From assembly GCF_024639605.1 (NCBI RefSeq), contig NZ_JAHEHZ010000001.1, forward strand, positions 881 through 64,880: DNA of 64,000 bases, written 5' to 3'. The position numbers and the translations under genes were made by a program. This stretch comes from Roseobacter sp. GTDB taxonomy: Bacteria; Pseudomonadota; Alphaproteobacteria; Rhodobacterales; Rhodobacteraceae. The stretch's first letter is position 1, and each line of letters starts with the position of its first letter. The notes beneath the pieces were generated by a model. That model was not told the DNA's origin. It did no database searches and saw nothing but the letters and a program-made list of their open reading frames with translations. Positions 55,306 to 64,000 of the stretch are shown here, piece after piece.

Positions 55306-56340
55306 TTACGTGTCGCGCACGGCGTCAATCATCCGCTGCACATTGTCGGGGTCTGCATCCGGTGTAATGCCATGGCCCAGATTAAAAATGTGCGGCCCGC
55401 CCGAGAAGGCCCTGACGATCGCCTTTGTCTCATCAACCAGCGCCTGCCCGCCCGTGACCATATGGGTCGAGGCGAGATTGCCCTGTACGCAGCCATCGAC
55501 CTGCACGTGTTTTGCAGCCCAGTCAGCGCTGACCGAATTGTCGAGCGCCACACAGTCCACGCCGGTGGCTTTTGCAAAGCCAATGTAGCCGTCACCCGCT
55601 TCGCGCGGGAAACCGATGACCGGAATGCCGGGATGTTTTGCCTTCAGCGCCGCGGTGATTACGCGGGCAGGCTCCAGCGCGTATTTCCGGAAGTCATCTC
55701 CCTTGAGCGACCCCGCCCAGCTGTCAAAGATCTTGACCACTTCCGCCCCGGCTTCGATCTGTTTCGACAGATAATCGATGGTGCCTTCGGTGATCCGGTC
55801 CATCAGCGCCTCAAAGACGGCGCGGTTTTCGTTTTTCAGCGCATGCGCCGGTGCCTGATCGGGCGTGCCGCGCCCGGCAATCATATAGGTGGCAACGGTC
55901 CATGGCGCGCCCGCAAAGCCGATGAGCGTGGTCTCGTCGGGCAGTTCGCTCCGCAGGATCCGCACTGTTTCATAAATGGGGTTGAGGGTCTCGTGGATGT
56001 CACCCACGGGGCCCAGTTTGTCAAAATCCGCCTGCGACGTAATCGTTGAGAGGCGCGGGCCTTCGCCAGTTACAAACCACAGATCCGCCCCAAGCGCCTG
56101 GGGCAGCAGCAGGATGTCGGCAAAGAGGATCGCCGCGTCAAACCCGTACCGCCGGATTGGCTGCAGTGTCACCTCGGCGGCAAGCTCCGGATTGTAGCAG
56201 AGCGACAGAAAATCCCCGGCCTGCGCGCGGGTGGCGCGGTATTCCGGCAGGTAGCGCCCGGCCTGGCGCATCATCCAGACTGGCGGGGTGGGCAGGGTCT
56301 CGCCCGCAAGAGCGCGCAGTATCGTTTTCCGGGGGGGCAT
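55306..56340 (-). CDS. hemE: Uroporphyrinogen decarboxylase
   Basis: [32 protein letters not shown]. Confidence 0.98.
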   Translation of the reverse strand: MPPRKTILRALAGETLPTPPVWMMRQAGRYLPEYRATRAQAGDFLSLCYNPELAAEVTLQPIRRYGFDAAILFADILLLPQALGADLWFVTGEGPRLSTITSQADFDKLGPVGDIHETLNPIYETVRILRSELPDETTLIGFAGAPWTVATYMIAGRGTPDQAPAHALKNENRAVFEALMDRITEGTIDYLSKQIEAGAEVVKIFDSWAGSLKGDDFRKYALEPARVITAALKAKHPGIPVIGFPREAGDGYIGFAKATGVDCVALDNSVSADWAAKHVQVDGCVQGNLASTHMVTGGQALVDETKAIVRAFSGGPHIFNLGHGITPDADPDNVQRMIDAVRDT

Positions 56341-56441
56341 GATCATCCTCTTTTTTCCAGGCCCTTGGTCAGGGCAGCAGCAGAACTTGTCAAGTGACAG
56401 ACGGGTTGTCAGCCCAAATTGACGCGCATAAAGATGGGCGC

Positions 56442-57386
56442 ATGACAGTGACCCTCCCCACCCCCGACTCCCCGCTGAAAATCGGCACCCGCGGCTCTCC
56501 GCTTGCTCTGGCACAGGCGTATGAGACCCGCACGCGCCTCGCGCAGGCCTTTGATTTATCCGAGGAATGTTTTGAGATCGTGGTCATCAAAGTGACCGGG
56601 GATGCGATCCAGGACCGGCCGCTGAAAGAGATCGGCGGCAAGGGGCTTTTTACCCGCGAGATCGAGGAAGATCTGCTGTCGGGTAAAATCCACATCGCCG
56701 TGCATTCGATGAAAGACATGCCGACGTTGCAGCCCGACGGGCTGATCCTCGACACCTACCTGCCGCGCGAAGACGTGCGCGATGCCTTTGTGGCCCACGG
56801 CCTGAAGGATATCGCCTCGCTTGCAAAGGGCGCGGTGGTGGGCACATCGAGCCTTCGGCGGCGCGCGCAACTGCTGCACCGCCGTCCTGATCTGCAGGTC
56901 GTTGAGTTTCGCGGCAATGTGCAGACCCGGCTTAAAAAGCTTGCTGACGGGGTCGCTGAATGCACTTTTCTGGCGGCTGCCGGGCTTAACCGGCTGGGCA
57001 TGTCGGATGTACCCGCCACGCCGGTCGATCCCGGGGATATGCTGCCTGCCGTAGCCCAGGGGGCGATCGGGATTGAGCGCCGCATCAGTGACGATAACAC
57101 CGCCGCGATGCTTGCCAAAATCCACGACACATCCACCGGGCAGAGGCTGGCGGCGGAGCGCAGCTTTTTGCTCACGCTCGACGGCTCATGTGAAACGCCG
57201 ATTGCCGGGCTGGCAGAGCTGAGCGGCGACGTTCTCTCCCTGCGCGGAGAGGTGCTGCGCCCGGACGGTTCTCAGGCAATTTCAGGATCACGCAGGGGCC
57301 CGGTGTCAGAGGGTGCTGGCATGGGCAAAGACCTCGCAGAGGAACTGCTTGCCGAAGCCGGTGACGGGTTTTTTGACTGGCACTGA
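56442..57386 (+). CDS. hemC: Hydroxymethylbilane synthase
   Basis: [42 protein letters not shown]. Confidence 0.98.
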   Translation: MTVTLPTPDSPLKIGTRGSPLALAQAYETRTRLAQAFDLSEECFEIVVIKVTGDAIQDRPLKEIGGKGLFTREIEEDLLSGKIHIAVHSMKDMPTLQPDGLILDTYLPREDVRDAFVAHGLKDIASLAKGAVVGTSSLRRRAQLLHRRPDLQVVEFRGNVQTRLKKLADGVAECTFLAAAGLNRLGMSDVPATPVDPGDMLPAVAQGAIGIERRISDDNTAAMLAKIHDTSTGQRLAAERSFLLTLDGSCETPIAGLAELSGDVLSLRGEVLRPDGSQAISGSRRGPVSEGAGMGKDLAEELLAEAGDGFFDWH

Positions 57387-57407
57387 GGCTCGCACCCGCC
57401 GCGCCGC

Positions 57408-58301
57408 TCAGATCCACTTGGCCAGCGGCGGCAGGCTCATCAGCACCGCGTTTGCATCATGTCCGGTTTCCAGGCCGAACTTCGTACCCCGGTCATAGAC
57501 AAGATTGTATTCCGCATAGAGGCCGCGGTGCACGAGCTGCGTGTCTTTATCTGCCTCTGACCAGTCCTGCACGCGGCGTTTGCGAACCAGCGGCACATAG
57601 GCCGGCAGAAAGGCCCGCCCGATGTCCTGCGTCAGGCTGAAATCAGCCTCCCAATCGCCGGTGCACAGATCGTCCATGAAAATCCCACCGACGCCCCGCG
57701 CCCTGTTGCGGTGCGGTACATAGAAATACTCATCCGCCCATGCTTTGAGTTTCGGGTAATGCGCCTCTCCGTGCGGGTCGAGGTGCTCTTTCTGTGTGGC
57801 ATGGAAATGCGCCGTGTCCTCATCATATTCGATGCAGGGGTTCAGATCAGACCCGCCGCCGAACCACCATGCGTGCGGGGTCCAGAACATGCGCGTGTTC
57901 ATATGGACTGCGGGCGCATGCGGGTTCTGCATATGCGCCACGAGGCTGATGCCGCTGGCCCAGAAACGCGGGTCGTCCTTCATGCCGGGGATGCCTTTGC
58001 GCGCGGCCATAGCCATCTGCGCGCGCTCTCCCAGAGTGCCAAAGACGGTCGAGATATTCACGCCGACCTTTTCAAAGACGCGGCCGCCCCGCAGGACACT
58101 CATCAGGCCGCCCCCCGCATCCGATCCGTCATCGCTGGTGCGGTGAGTCTCAGAGACCTCAAAGCGCCCGGGAGAGGCCTCAGAAAGCGGCCCCTCGCTG
58201 TGATCGCTCTCAAGCGCCTCAAAGGCCGCGACAATGTCGTCACGCAGGGTGTGGAACCAGGCGGAGGCCTTGTCTTTCTCAGTGTCGAATGTGGATGTCA
58301 T
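57408..58301 (-). CDS. hemF: Oxygen-dependent coproporphyrinogen III oxidase
   Basis: FEKVGVN, HPAVHMNTR-like, FGGGSDLNP, RGLYAEYNLVYDRGT. Confidence 0.97.
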   Translation of the reverse strand: MTSTFDTEKDKASAWFHTLRDDIVAAFEALESDHSEGPLSEASPGRFEVSETHRTSDDGSDAGGGLMSVLRGGRVFEKVGVNISTVFGTLGERAQMAMAARKGIPGMKDDPRFWASGISLVAHMQNPHAPAVHMNTRMFWTPHAWWFGGGSDLNPCIEYDEDTAHFHATQKEHLDPHGEAHYPKLKAWADEYFYVPHRNRARGVGGIFMDDLCTGDWEADFSLTQDIGRAFLPAYVPLVRKRRVQDWSEADKDTQLVHRGLYAEYNLVYDRGTKFGLETGHDANAVLMSLPPLAKWI

Positions 58302-58375
58302 AATGCGCCCGGAGTGTCAGTTTTCTCTGACACACTTTCTATCGTCAAAAGCGGGCAGACGAAAACCCGCAATCG

Positions 58376-59176
58376 TCAGTGCGCGGGTGCCAGCACCGGA
58401 TCAAGCAGGCTGCGACCGCCGTCGACCGTGATAATCTCACCGGTCATGAAAGCAGAACTTTCGGCGGCCAGAAACTGCACAGCCTCGACCAGTTCGGTTG
58501 GCCCTGCAATGCGGCCCAGCGGCGTGTGAGACCGGATATCTTCGCGCCATTCACTGTGATCAACCAGCGAGGATTTCAGCGACGCGCTCATCACCGACCC
58601 GAAAGCCACGGCATTGACGCGGATCCGCTCGGGCGCCAGCGCCAGGGCCATGGACCGCGTCATCTGATCAAGCGCCGCGGCGGCGATTGAGTATCCCATC
58701 AGTTCCGGACGGGTGTGACGAGACACAATCGAGCTGAGATTGACGATTGCACCCAGCTGCCCTTCGGGCTGATCCGCGCCCTGTTTGATCATACGCCGTG
58801 CAACCTGCTGTGAAAGCTGCAGCGCCGTCATCAGGTTCTGTTCCAGCAGCACCGAGACCGAATTGTCTTCCACGTCCATCGCATCGGTGGGCATCACCTG
58901 ACGCGAGGCGTTCACCAGAATATCCACCCGGTCAAACGCATCGATCGTGGCCGAGACCAGATTGGCGATCGTCAGGCGCTGACGCAGGTCGCCCGCGAAA
59001 TAGCGCAGTGTGGCGTCATCCTGTTCGGCGCCCCATTCTTCGCTCAGCTTTCGTTCGTCCATATCCGCGCACATGACATTGGCACCGCGGTCGGCAAACT
59101 GCCGCGCAATCGACAGGCCGATACCGTTGGCTGCACCTGTCACGATGGCAGTTTTACCTTTGATGGAAAAAGACAT
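58376..59176 (-). CDS. SDR-family oxidoreductase (atypical active site)
   Basis: TGAANGIG, IRVNAV, MTGEIITVDGG; YSIAA instead of YxxxK. Confidence 0.88.
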   Translation of the reverse strand: MSFSIKGKTAIVTGAANGIGLSIARQFADRGANVMCADMDERKLSEEWGAEQDDATLRYFAGDLRQRLTIANLVSATIDAFDRVDILVNASRQVMPTDAMDVEDNSVSVLLEQNLMTALQLSQQVARRMIKQGADQPEGQLGAIVNLSSIVSRHTRPELMGYSIAAAALDQMTRSMALALAPERIRVNAVAFGSVMSASLKSSLVDHSEWREDIRSHTPLGRIAGPTELVEAVQFLAAESSAFMTGEIITVDGGRSLLDPVLAPAH

Positions 59177-59209
59177 GGTATCCTTTCTGACGCCGCATGC
59201 GCGGCGGCC

Positions 59210-60205
59210 TTAGCGGCCACGTTTGCGCAGCGGGCGTGCTGCATGAAAGAGTTTGAACCGGTTATCGCCACCGGTCTCGCTGACCCTTGCGAAGAAACTG
59301 CCCAGGGTTTCTTCATAAGGCAAATGGCGGTTGGCAACCATCCAGAGTTGCCCCTGCGGGCTCAGCATACCGGCCGCCGCCGCGACAAAGGCCTGACCCA
59401 GAGCCGGGTCCGCCACCCGTGAGGTGTGAAACGGCGGGTTCATAACCACGCTGTCCACCGCCTCAGGCGGCCGCCATCGCGTGGCATCAGCCCAGTGAAA
59501 CTGCGCTCGCGGGTCGGTGACATTGTGGCGGGCGCATTCGAGCGCGAGGTGGCCGGCCTCGACAAGGTGCACGGTTTCGACTGAACTGCGGGTCAGGATA
59601 TGCGCCGAGAGATATCCCCAGCCCGCGCCCAGATCTGCGATGCGACGTCCCATTTTGTCCGGCAGCGCCCGCACCAGCAGGTCCGATGCCGGATCAACTG
59701 CATCCGCGGAAAACACACCCGGTGCAGTCCAGAACCCGCCGGGCTGCAAAGCAGGACGGGCGCGCCAGTCTTCGAACTGCTCCGGCGCGGCCGCGGGGAT
59801 TACAAAAAGCTTACCGTGCGCTTTTGACACCGGTCCGTTGACCGGCACCCGTTTGCGGATCTCGCGCAGGATACTGTCGATCCCGTCGGTTTTCTGTCCG
59901 TCGATAAAAACCAGCCCGTCGGTGACCGCCAGCGCATCGGCAATCAGCGCACGCGATTCGTCTTTGGACCGCACAAGGCAGACGACAGCGGCACTGAACC
60001 GGCCTTCTGCCGCGGTCGCGCAGTCGTACCCACGAGCCGTCCAGCCGTCATAAGCCGGGCTGAAGTCTTCGATGATCACGGTTTTGTTCTGCGGCACTCC
60101 CGGCAGAGCAGCGTCCGCGGGCGGCCGGAACACGGCCACTCTGTCACCACCGGACAGCGCTGTGCCACTGCCGTCTGCCAGCAGCGGCAACCGGGCGTCA
60201 ATCAT
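59210..60205 (-). CDS. Class I SAM-dependent methyltransferase (RsmC/MTS-like)
   Basis: APGVFSAD..D..S, ADLGAGWG, VMNPPFH, WMVANRHLPYE. Confidence 0.88.
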   Translation of the reverse strand: MIDARLPLLADGSGTALSGGDRVAVFRPPADAALPGVPQNKTVIIEDFSPAYDGWTARGYDCATAAEGRFSAAVVCLVRSKDESRALIADALAVTDGLVFIDGQKTDGIDSILREIRKRVPVNGPVSKAHGKLFVIPAAAPEQFEDWRARPALQPGGFWTAPGVFSADAVDPASDLLVRALPDKMGRRIADLGAGWGYLSAHILTRSSVETVHLVEAGHLALECARHNVTDPRAQFHWADATRWRPPEAVDSVVMNPPFHTSRVADPALGQAFVAAAAGMLSPQGQLWMVANRHLPYEETLGSFFARVSETGGDNRFKLFHAARPLRKRGR

Positions 60206-60209
60206 CTGA

Positions 60210-60551
60210 TTATTCTTCTTTTTCCATGGTGCACTGCAGCGGATGCTGGTGCCGGCGGGCGAAATCCATCACTTGTGCCACTTTGGTTTCGGCAATCTCG
60301 TGGCTGAAAACGCCAACGACAGCCACACCCTTTTTATGCACTGTCAGCATGATCTCAAAGGCCTGCGCATGGTTGAGCCCGAAAAAGCGTTCCAGCACAT
60401 GCACGACAAATTCCATCGGCGTGAAGTCATCGTTCAGAAGCAGGACCTTATAAAGCGGCGGGCGCCTGGTCTTTGGCTTCGTCGCGGTCAGGACAGAGGA
60501 ATCACCCTCGTCATCCGACTGGTCTGACATCATGATGGCGTCGCGGTGCAT
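60210..60551 (-). CDS. clpS: ATP-dependent Clp protease adaptor ClpS (start could be about 60533)
   Basis: [33 protein letters not shown]. Confidence 0.97.
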   Translation of the reverse strand: MHRDAIMMSDQSDDEGDSSVLTATKPKTRRPPLYKVLLLNDDFTPMEFVVHVLERFFGLNHAQAFEIMLTVHKKGVAVVGVFSHEIAETKVAQVMDFARRHQHPLQCTMEKEE

Positions 60552-60637
60552 TGCTGCTCCTGATCTGCTGGTTTTTTTGCGAGTCGTGATCCGGTGTATA
60601 TAACCCGTCTGGAAATTTAGAAAAGGGGGCGCGTGCC

Positions 60638-61339
60638 ATGGTTAACCGGGTGAGCACCGTAGGGTTTGATGCCGATGACACCCTTTGGCACAATGAGCGC
60701 AGTTTTCAGATGACCCAGGCGCTCTTTGCGGGGCTGCTTGCGGATTATACCGACCGCGAGACGCTGATGGCACGGCTGGTCGCGGCGGAGCGGCGAAACC
60801 TCGGCCACTACGGATTTGGCGTGAAAGGGTTCACCCTGTCGATGATTGAGACCGCGATTGAAGTGACCGACGCCCGGGTACCCGCCGCCGTACTGTCGGA
60901 AATTCTGGAGGCCGGTCGCGAAATGCTCTCCCATCCTGTCGATCTTTTGCCGCATGCGAAGGACGCGATCGAGAAGATCGCGAAAACCCATCGCATTGTG
61001 CTGGTTACAAAGGGCGATCTGCTGGATCAGGAACGCAAGCTGGCGCAATCGGGTCTGGGCGATCTTTTTGATGCGGTCGAGATTGTGTCGGATAAAACAC
61101 CGGCGGTTTATCACACCGTTTTTAATCGTCACGGGGATGCGCCCGCGCGCGGAATGATGGTGGGTAATTCGATGAAGTCTGATGTCCTCCCGATGATCAA
61201 AGCGGGCGGCTGGGGCGTGTATGTACCGCATGAAATGACGTGGGAGCTTGAGCACGCTGCGGCCCCCGATTCCACAGAGCGGTTCCGGACTGTCGCTGAT
61301 CTCGGGGAGCTTCCCGGTCTGCTGGCTGAAATCGGCTGA
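60638..61339 (+). CDS. HAD-family hydrolase
   Basis: [28 protein letters not shown]. Confidence 0.9.
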   Translation: MVNRVSTVGFDADDTLWHNERSFQMTQALFAGLLADYTDRETLMARLVAAERRNLGHYGFGVKGFTLSMIETAIEVTDARVPAAVLSEILEAGREMLSHPVDLLPHAKDAIEKIAKTHRIVLVTKGDLLDQERKLAQSGLGDLFDAVEIVSDKTPAVYHTVFNRHGDAPARGMMVGNSMKSDVLPMIKAGGWGVYVPHEMTWELEHAAAPDSTERFRTVADLGELPGLLAEIG

Positions 61340-61521
61340 ACACCTGCAGATTGTGGCCTGTATCGGCCCGGGGTGCGGGTATGCCACATAATTGCGCTTC
61401 ACTTAAAGTTAACGCAATTCCGTTAAAACAATGACTTTATTGGATTCAAATCCTGTGATAGCCTCAAAGGATAAAGCCAGTCGAAACAAATCGGCGGCAT
61501 GAGGCAGAAAAGGCAGTAATC

Positions 61522-63039
61522 ATGAAGGTTCGGCGCGCATTGCCGGCCCGTTACGGGCTATTTGTATTCGCAGCTTTGTGGATGATTGTCATCCTTCCCC
61601 TGACCGCGATGGCCGCGCCCTATGCGGCTATGGTCATGGATGCCAGAACGGGCGAAGTGCTGCACTCGCGGAATGCAGACACACGGTTGCATCCTGCATC
61701 TCTGACGAAAATGATGACGCTCTATATCGCGTTTGAAGCGGTCGAGCGCGGTGAGATCTCCCTTGATACCAAGGTGAAGATTTCGCGGTTTGCAGCATCC
61801 GAGCCGCCGTCGAAACTGGGTCTTAAAGCCGGGCAGCGCATCGCATTCCGCTATCTGATCCGTGCCGCGGCTGTGAAATCCGCAAACGATGCGGCCACAG
61901 CCATCGGCGAGGCGCTGGAGGGCTCCGAGGCTGCCTTCGCCCGCCGGATGACGCGTACCGCCAAAGCGCTCGGCATGACGCGCACCACGTTCAAGAACGC
62001 CCATGGCCTTACAGAGAGCGGGCATCTTTCTACCGCGCGGGACATGTCGATCATGGGCCGTCATATGCTCTATGATTATCCGGAATATTATAACCTCTTC
62101 TCACGCAAATCGACTAATGCCGGCGTTCGTAATGTATCTAATACCAATCGTCGCCTGCTCTCTGCCTATCGCGGCGCTGACGGCATCAAGACCGGCTACA
62201 CCCGGGCTGCGGGCTTCAACCTTGTGGCCTCAGCAGAGCGTGGCAACGAGCGTATCATCGCTACGGTCTTTGGCGGCACCTCGACAACAGCGCGCAACAA
62301 ACGCGTGGCGGAACTGCTGGACATGGGCTTTAAACGCGCGCCCAGCCGCGCCCGCCTGCAAAAGCCGCATATGCCGGTCTACAACGGACAGCCGGCACCC
62401 GCCGGGACCGTTCTGGCGTCCAGCCTGCGTCCCAGAGTACGCCCGCTTGCAGATGCGCCTGTGAATCCACTGCTGATCGCAAAAACCAACGAGGCGATCG
62501 CGGCAGCACTCGCAGGAGCGTCTGAGCCACCAGCAGCGACGCCTGCCGCGGTGACGACGCCCGAGGCGCAGGCCGCCGCAGCGGCCAGCACAGCAGGGAT
62601 CATCCCCGCAGACACCACCGCCGCCCTTGTGGCGGCTCAGGCAAGGCCTCCGGTTCAGGTCAATGAAGTGGAGATTGAAGAGTTTATCTCACTGCGTCCT
62701 GCCTTGCGTCCGACAGATGCCAGTGATGTGCCTGCCCTGCAGGAAGCGGCTGTCACCGAAGAGCCACAGATTGAGATCGTTACACGGTTGTCGACATCGG
62801 GCGGTCACCAGTGGGGCGTAAACGTGGGCCGCTATCCGAGCCGGTACAGCGCCGAACGGGCACTCGTTACCACGGCACTTGCTGAAATGGCGACGCTGGA
62901 TGGAGCACTTCGCAAGGTGGTGAAACGGCCATCCGGATTTGACGCGAACTTTCTGGGACTGACCCGGGAAAGCGCTGATCTGGCCTGCCGAAGGCTCTCC
63001 GCCCGCAACGTCAGTTGTCAGACGGTCGGTCCTTCCTGA
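61522..63039 (+). CDS. D-alanyl-D-alanine carboxypeptidase (peptidase S11) with low-complexity linker and C-terminal SPOR-like domain
   Basis: PASLTK (SxxK), SAN, IKTG motifs; WGVNVGRY tail. Confidence 0.92.
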   Translation: MKVRRALPARYGLFVFAALWMIVILPLTAMAAPYAAMVMDARTGEVLHSRNADTRLHPASLTKMMTLYIAFEAVERGEISLDTKVKISRFAASEPPSKLGLKAGQRIAFRYLIRAAAVKSANDAATAIGEALEGSEAAFARRMTRTAKALGMTRTTFKNAHGLTESGHLSTARDMSIMGRHMLYDYPEYYNLFSRKSTNAGVRNVSNTNRRLLSAYRGADGIKTGYTRAAGFNLVASAERGNERIIATVFGGTSTTARNKRVAELLDMGFKRAPSRARLQKPHMPVYNGQPAPAGTVLASSLRPRVRPLADAPVNPLLIAKTNEAIAAALAGASEPPAATPAAVTTPEAQAAAAASTAGIIPADTTAALVAAQARPPVQVNEVEIEEFISLRPALRPTDASDVPALQEAAVTEEPQIEIVTRLSTSGGHQWGVNVGRYPSRYSAERALVTTALAEMATLDGALRKVVKRPSGFDANFLGLTRESADLACRRLSARNVSCQTVGPS

Positions 63040-63211
63040 CCTGACCGCCGTCATCAGGCCTGGGGTGCTGATCCCAGGTATCGCTCAGGATACGGCGACT
63101 GTCGCCTTCGGGATCCTCGTACTGGCTGCTGCGCAGGGTATAGATAAAACCTGCCAGCCCGAGCCCGCCGAGGATCAGTGACACCGGAATGAGATAGGCA
63201 AGCACGTTCAC
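63011..63211 (-). CDS. ccoS: cbb3-type cytochrome oxidase maturation protein
   Basis: LIPVSLILG...SSQYEDPEG..RIL motif; follows fixI. Confidence 0.9.
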   Translation of the reverse strand: MNVLAYLIPVSLILGGLGLAGFIYTLRSSQYEDPEGDSRRILSDTWDQHPRPDDGGQVRKDRPSDN

Positions 63212-64000
63212 CGCTTTGCCCCGCCGACGCGAAGCGCATTGAGCGATACGGTGATTGACGACAGTGACATTGCAAGCGCCGCAATCAGCGGGGTGGCAAA
63301 GCCCGCCACCGCCAGCGGCACTGCAACTACATTATACAGTGTTGCGATGCGGAAGTTTTCCGATATCCGGCGTCTGGCTTTCCGTGATGTGGCAATGGCA
63401 TCCGCAACGGGTGCAAGATCCCGACCCAGCAGAACGATGTCTGACGCCGCGCGCGCTGCATCAAGTGCCTGAGCAGGGCTGATGGAGACATGGGCGGCGG
63501 CAAGCGCGCCGGTATCATTGAGACCGTCCCCGATCATCAGGACGCGTGCACCTTCGTCCGTAAGATCGCTGATATAGCGAATTTTGTCCCGGGGCAGCAT
63601 CTCGGCCAGTGCAGTCTCGATGTTCAGTTCTTCGGCCACGTGCTGCACCGCCGCAGGCCTGTCACCCGACAGCAGGATCACCCGAGCGCCATCCGCCTGC
63701 AGCGAGCGGATCAGATCATGCGCGCCCTGGCGCAGATTATCTTCAAACATCAGCCGGACAGGTGCATCATCACCAATCTGAAGTGCCGTGCAGAGTTGCG
63801 GCTGACCGGCGTCAGCGCCAAGCCATGCCGGACGCCCCAGCCTTACGGTTTTGCCCTGCCATGTCCCCGAGGTGCCATAGCCCGGATACTCCTGCAGGCC
63901 GGTCACAGGGGCCGGGACCATCGCACGAGGCACGGCAGCCACGATCGCTTTGGACAGAGGATGCGACGATCCCTGTGCCAGAGCCGCTGCCACTGCCATC
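63208..64000 (-). CDS. fixI: Heavy-metal P1B-type ATPase FixI/CcoI, C-terminal part (runs off the right edge)
   Basis: SSHPL, LSGD, MIGDGLND, ENF..ATLYN motifs; ccoS downstream. Confidence 0.92.
   Translation of the reverse strand, partial: MAVAAALAQGSSHPLSKAIVAAVPRAMVPAPVTGLQEYPGYGTSGTWQGKTVRLGRPAWLGADAGQPQLCTALQIGDDAPVRLMFEDNLRQGAHDLIRSLQADGARVILLSGDRPAAVQHVAEELNIETALAEMLPRDKIRYISDLTDEGARVLMIGDGLNDTGALAAAHVSISPAQALDAARAASDIVLLGRDLAPVADAIATSRKARRRISENFRIATLYNVVAVPLAVAGFATPLIAALAMSLSSITVSLNALRVGGAKR

Noticed and set aside
56419-56432. FNR-like TTGAC-GCGC-ATAAA between hemE and hemC
   Set aside because: Two mismatches to TTGAT-N4-ATCAA, only 9 bp from the hemC start, and no convincing -10 at class II spacing
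56341-56441. Possible replication origin next to hemE (as in Caulobacter)
   Set aside because: Only about 100 bp, with no DnaA-box cluster or AT-rich unwinding region
60210-60551. clpS without adjacent clpA
   Set aside because: Separation is common in this group; not informative from one window

Overview
GC-rich alphaproteobacterial chromosome segment; gene content and order point to Rhodobacterales (Roseobacter group), which is an inference. The housekeeping backbone comprises fmt plus three tandem peptide deformylase genes, a MalY/PatB enzyme, a glutathionyl-hydroquinone reductase, an Osp-like pseudo-receiver, cobD/cbiB, a lytic transglycosylase, smc, the F0 ATP synthase operon, ffh with three GNATs and chorismate mutase, rpsP-rimM-trmD, rplS-rpmE, mipZ, tRNA-Ile2(CAT), hemE/hemC/hemF, clpS, a D,D-carboxypeptidase and ccoS/fixI. 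Accessory material lies mostly at 30.5-55 kb: an orphan 495-aa protein, a haloalkane dehalogenase, a RidA/deaminase/FAD-oxidoreductase/TauD cluster with an orphan Tat-exported binding protein, and a benzoyl-CoA epoxidation (box) cluster with benzoate-CoA ligase and TRAP transporter abutting the tRNA 3' end. Hand reading found three small ORFs below the ORF-track cut-off. The most striking is a 45-aa peptide with a CxxCxxCxxxC motif, translationally coupled to boxA. I also found candidate BoxR, CtrA, DnaA, FadR and EcfG sites, a catalytically degenerate deformylase, a decaying GNAT and a possible SSB-like OB-fold protein. Start codons were often reassigned from the ORF track using RBS and family length. 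All family calls come from motif recognition, not database searches. No integrase, IS, CRISPR or rRNA was seen.
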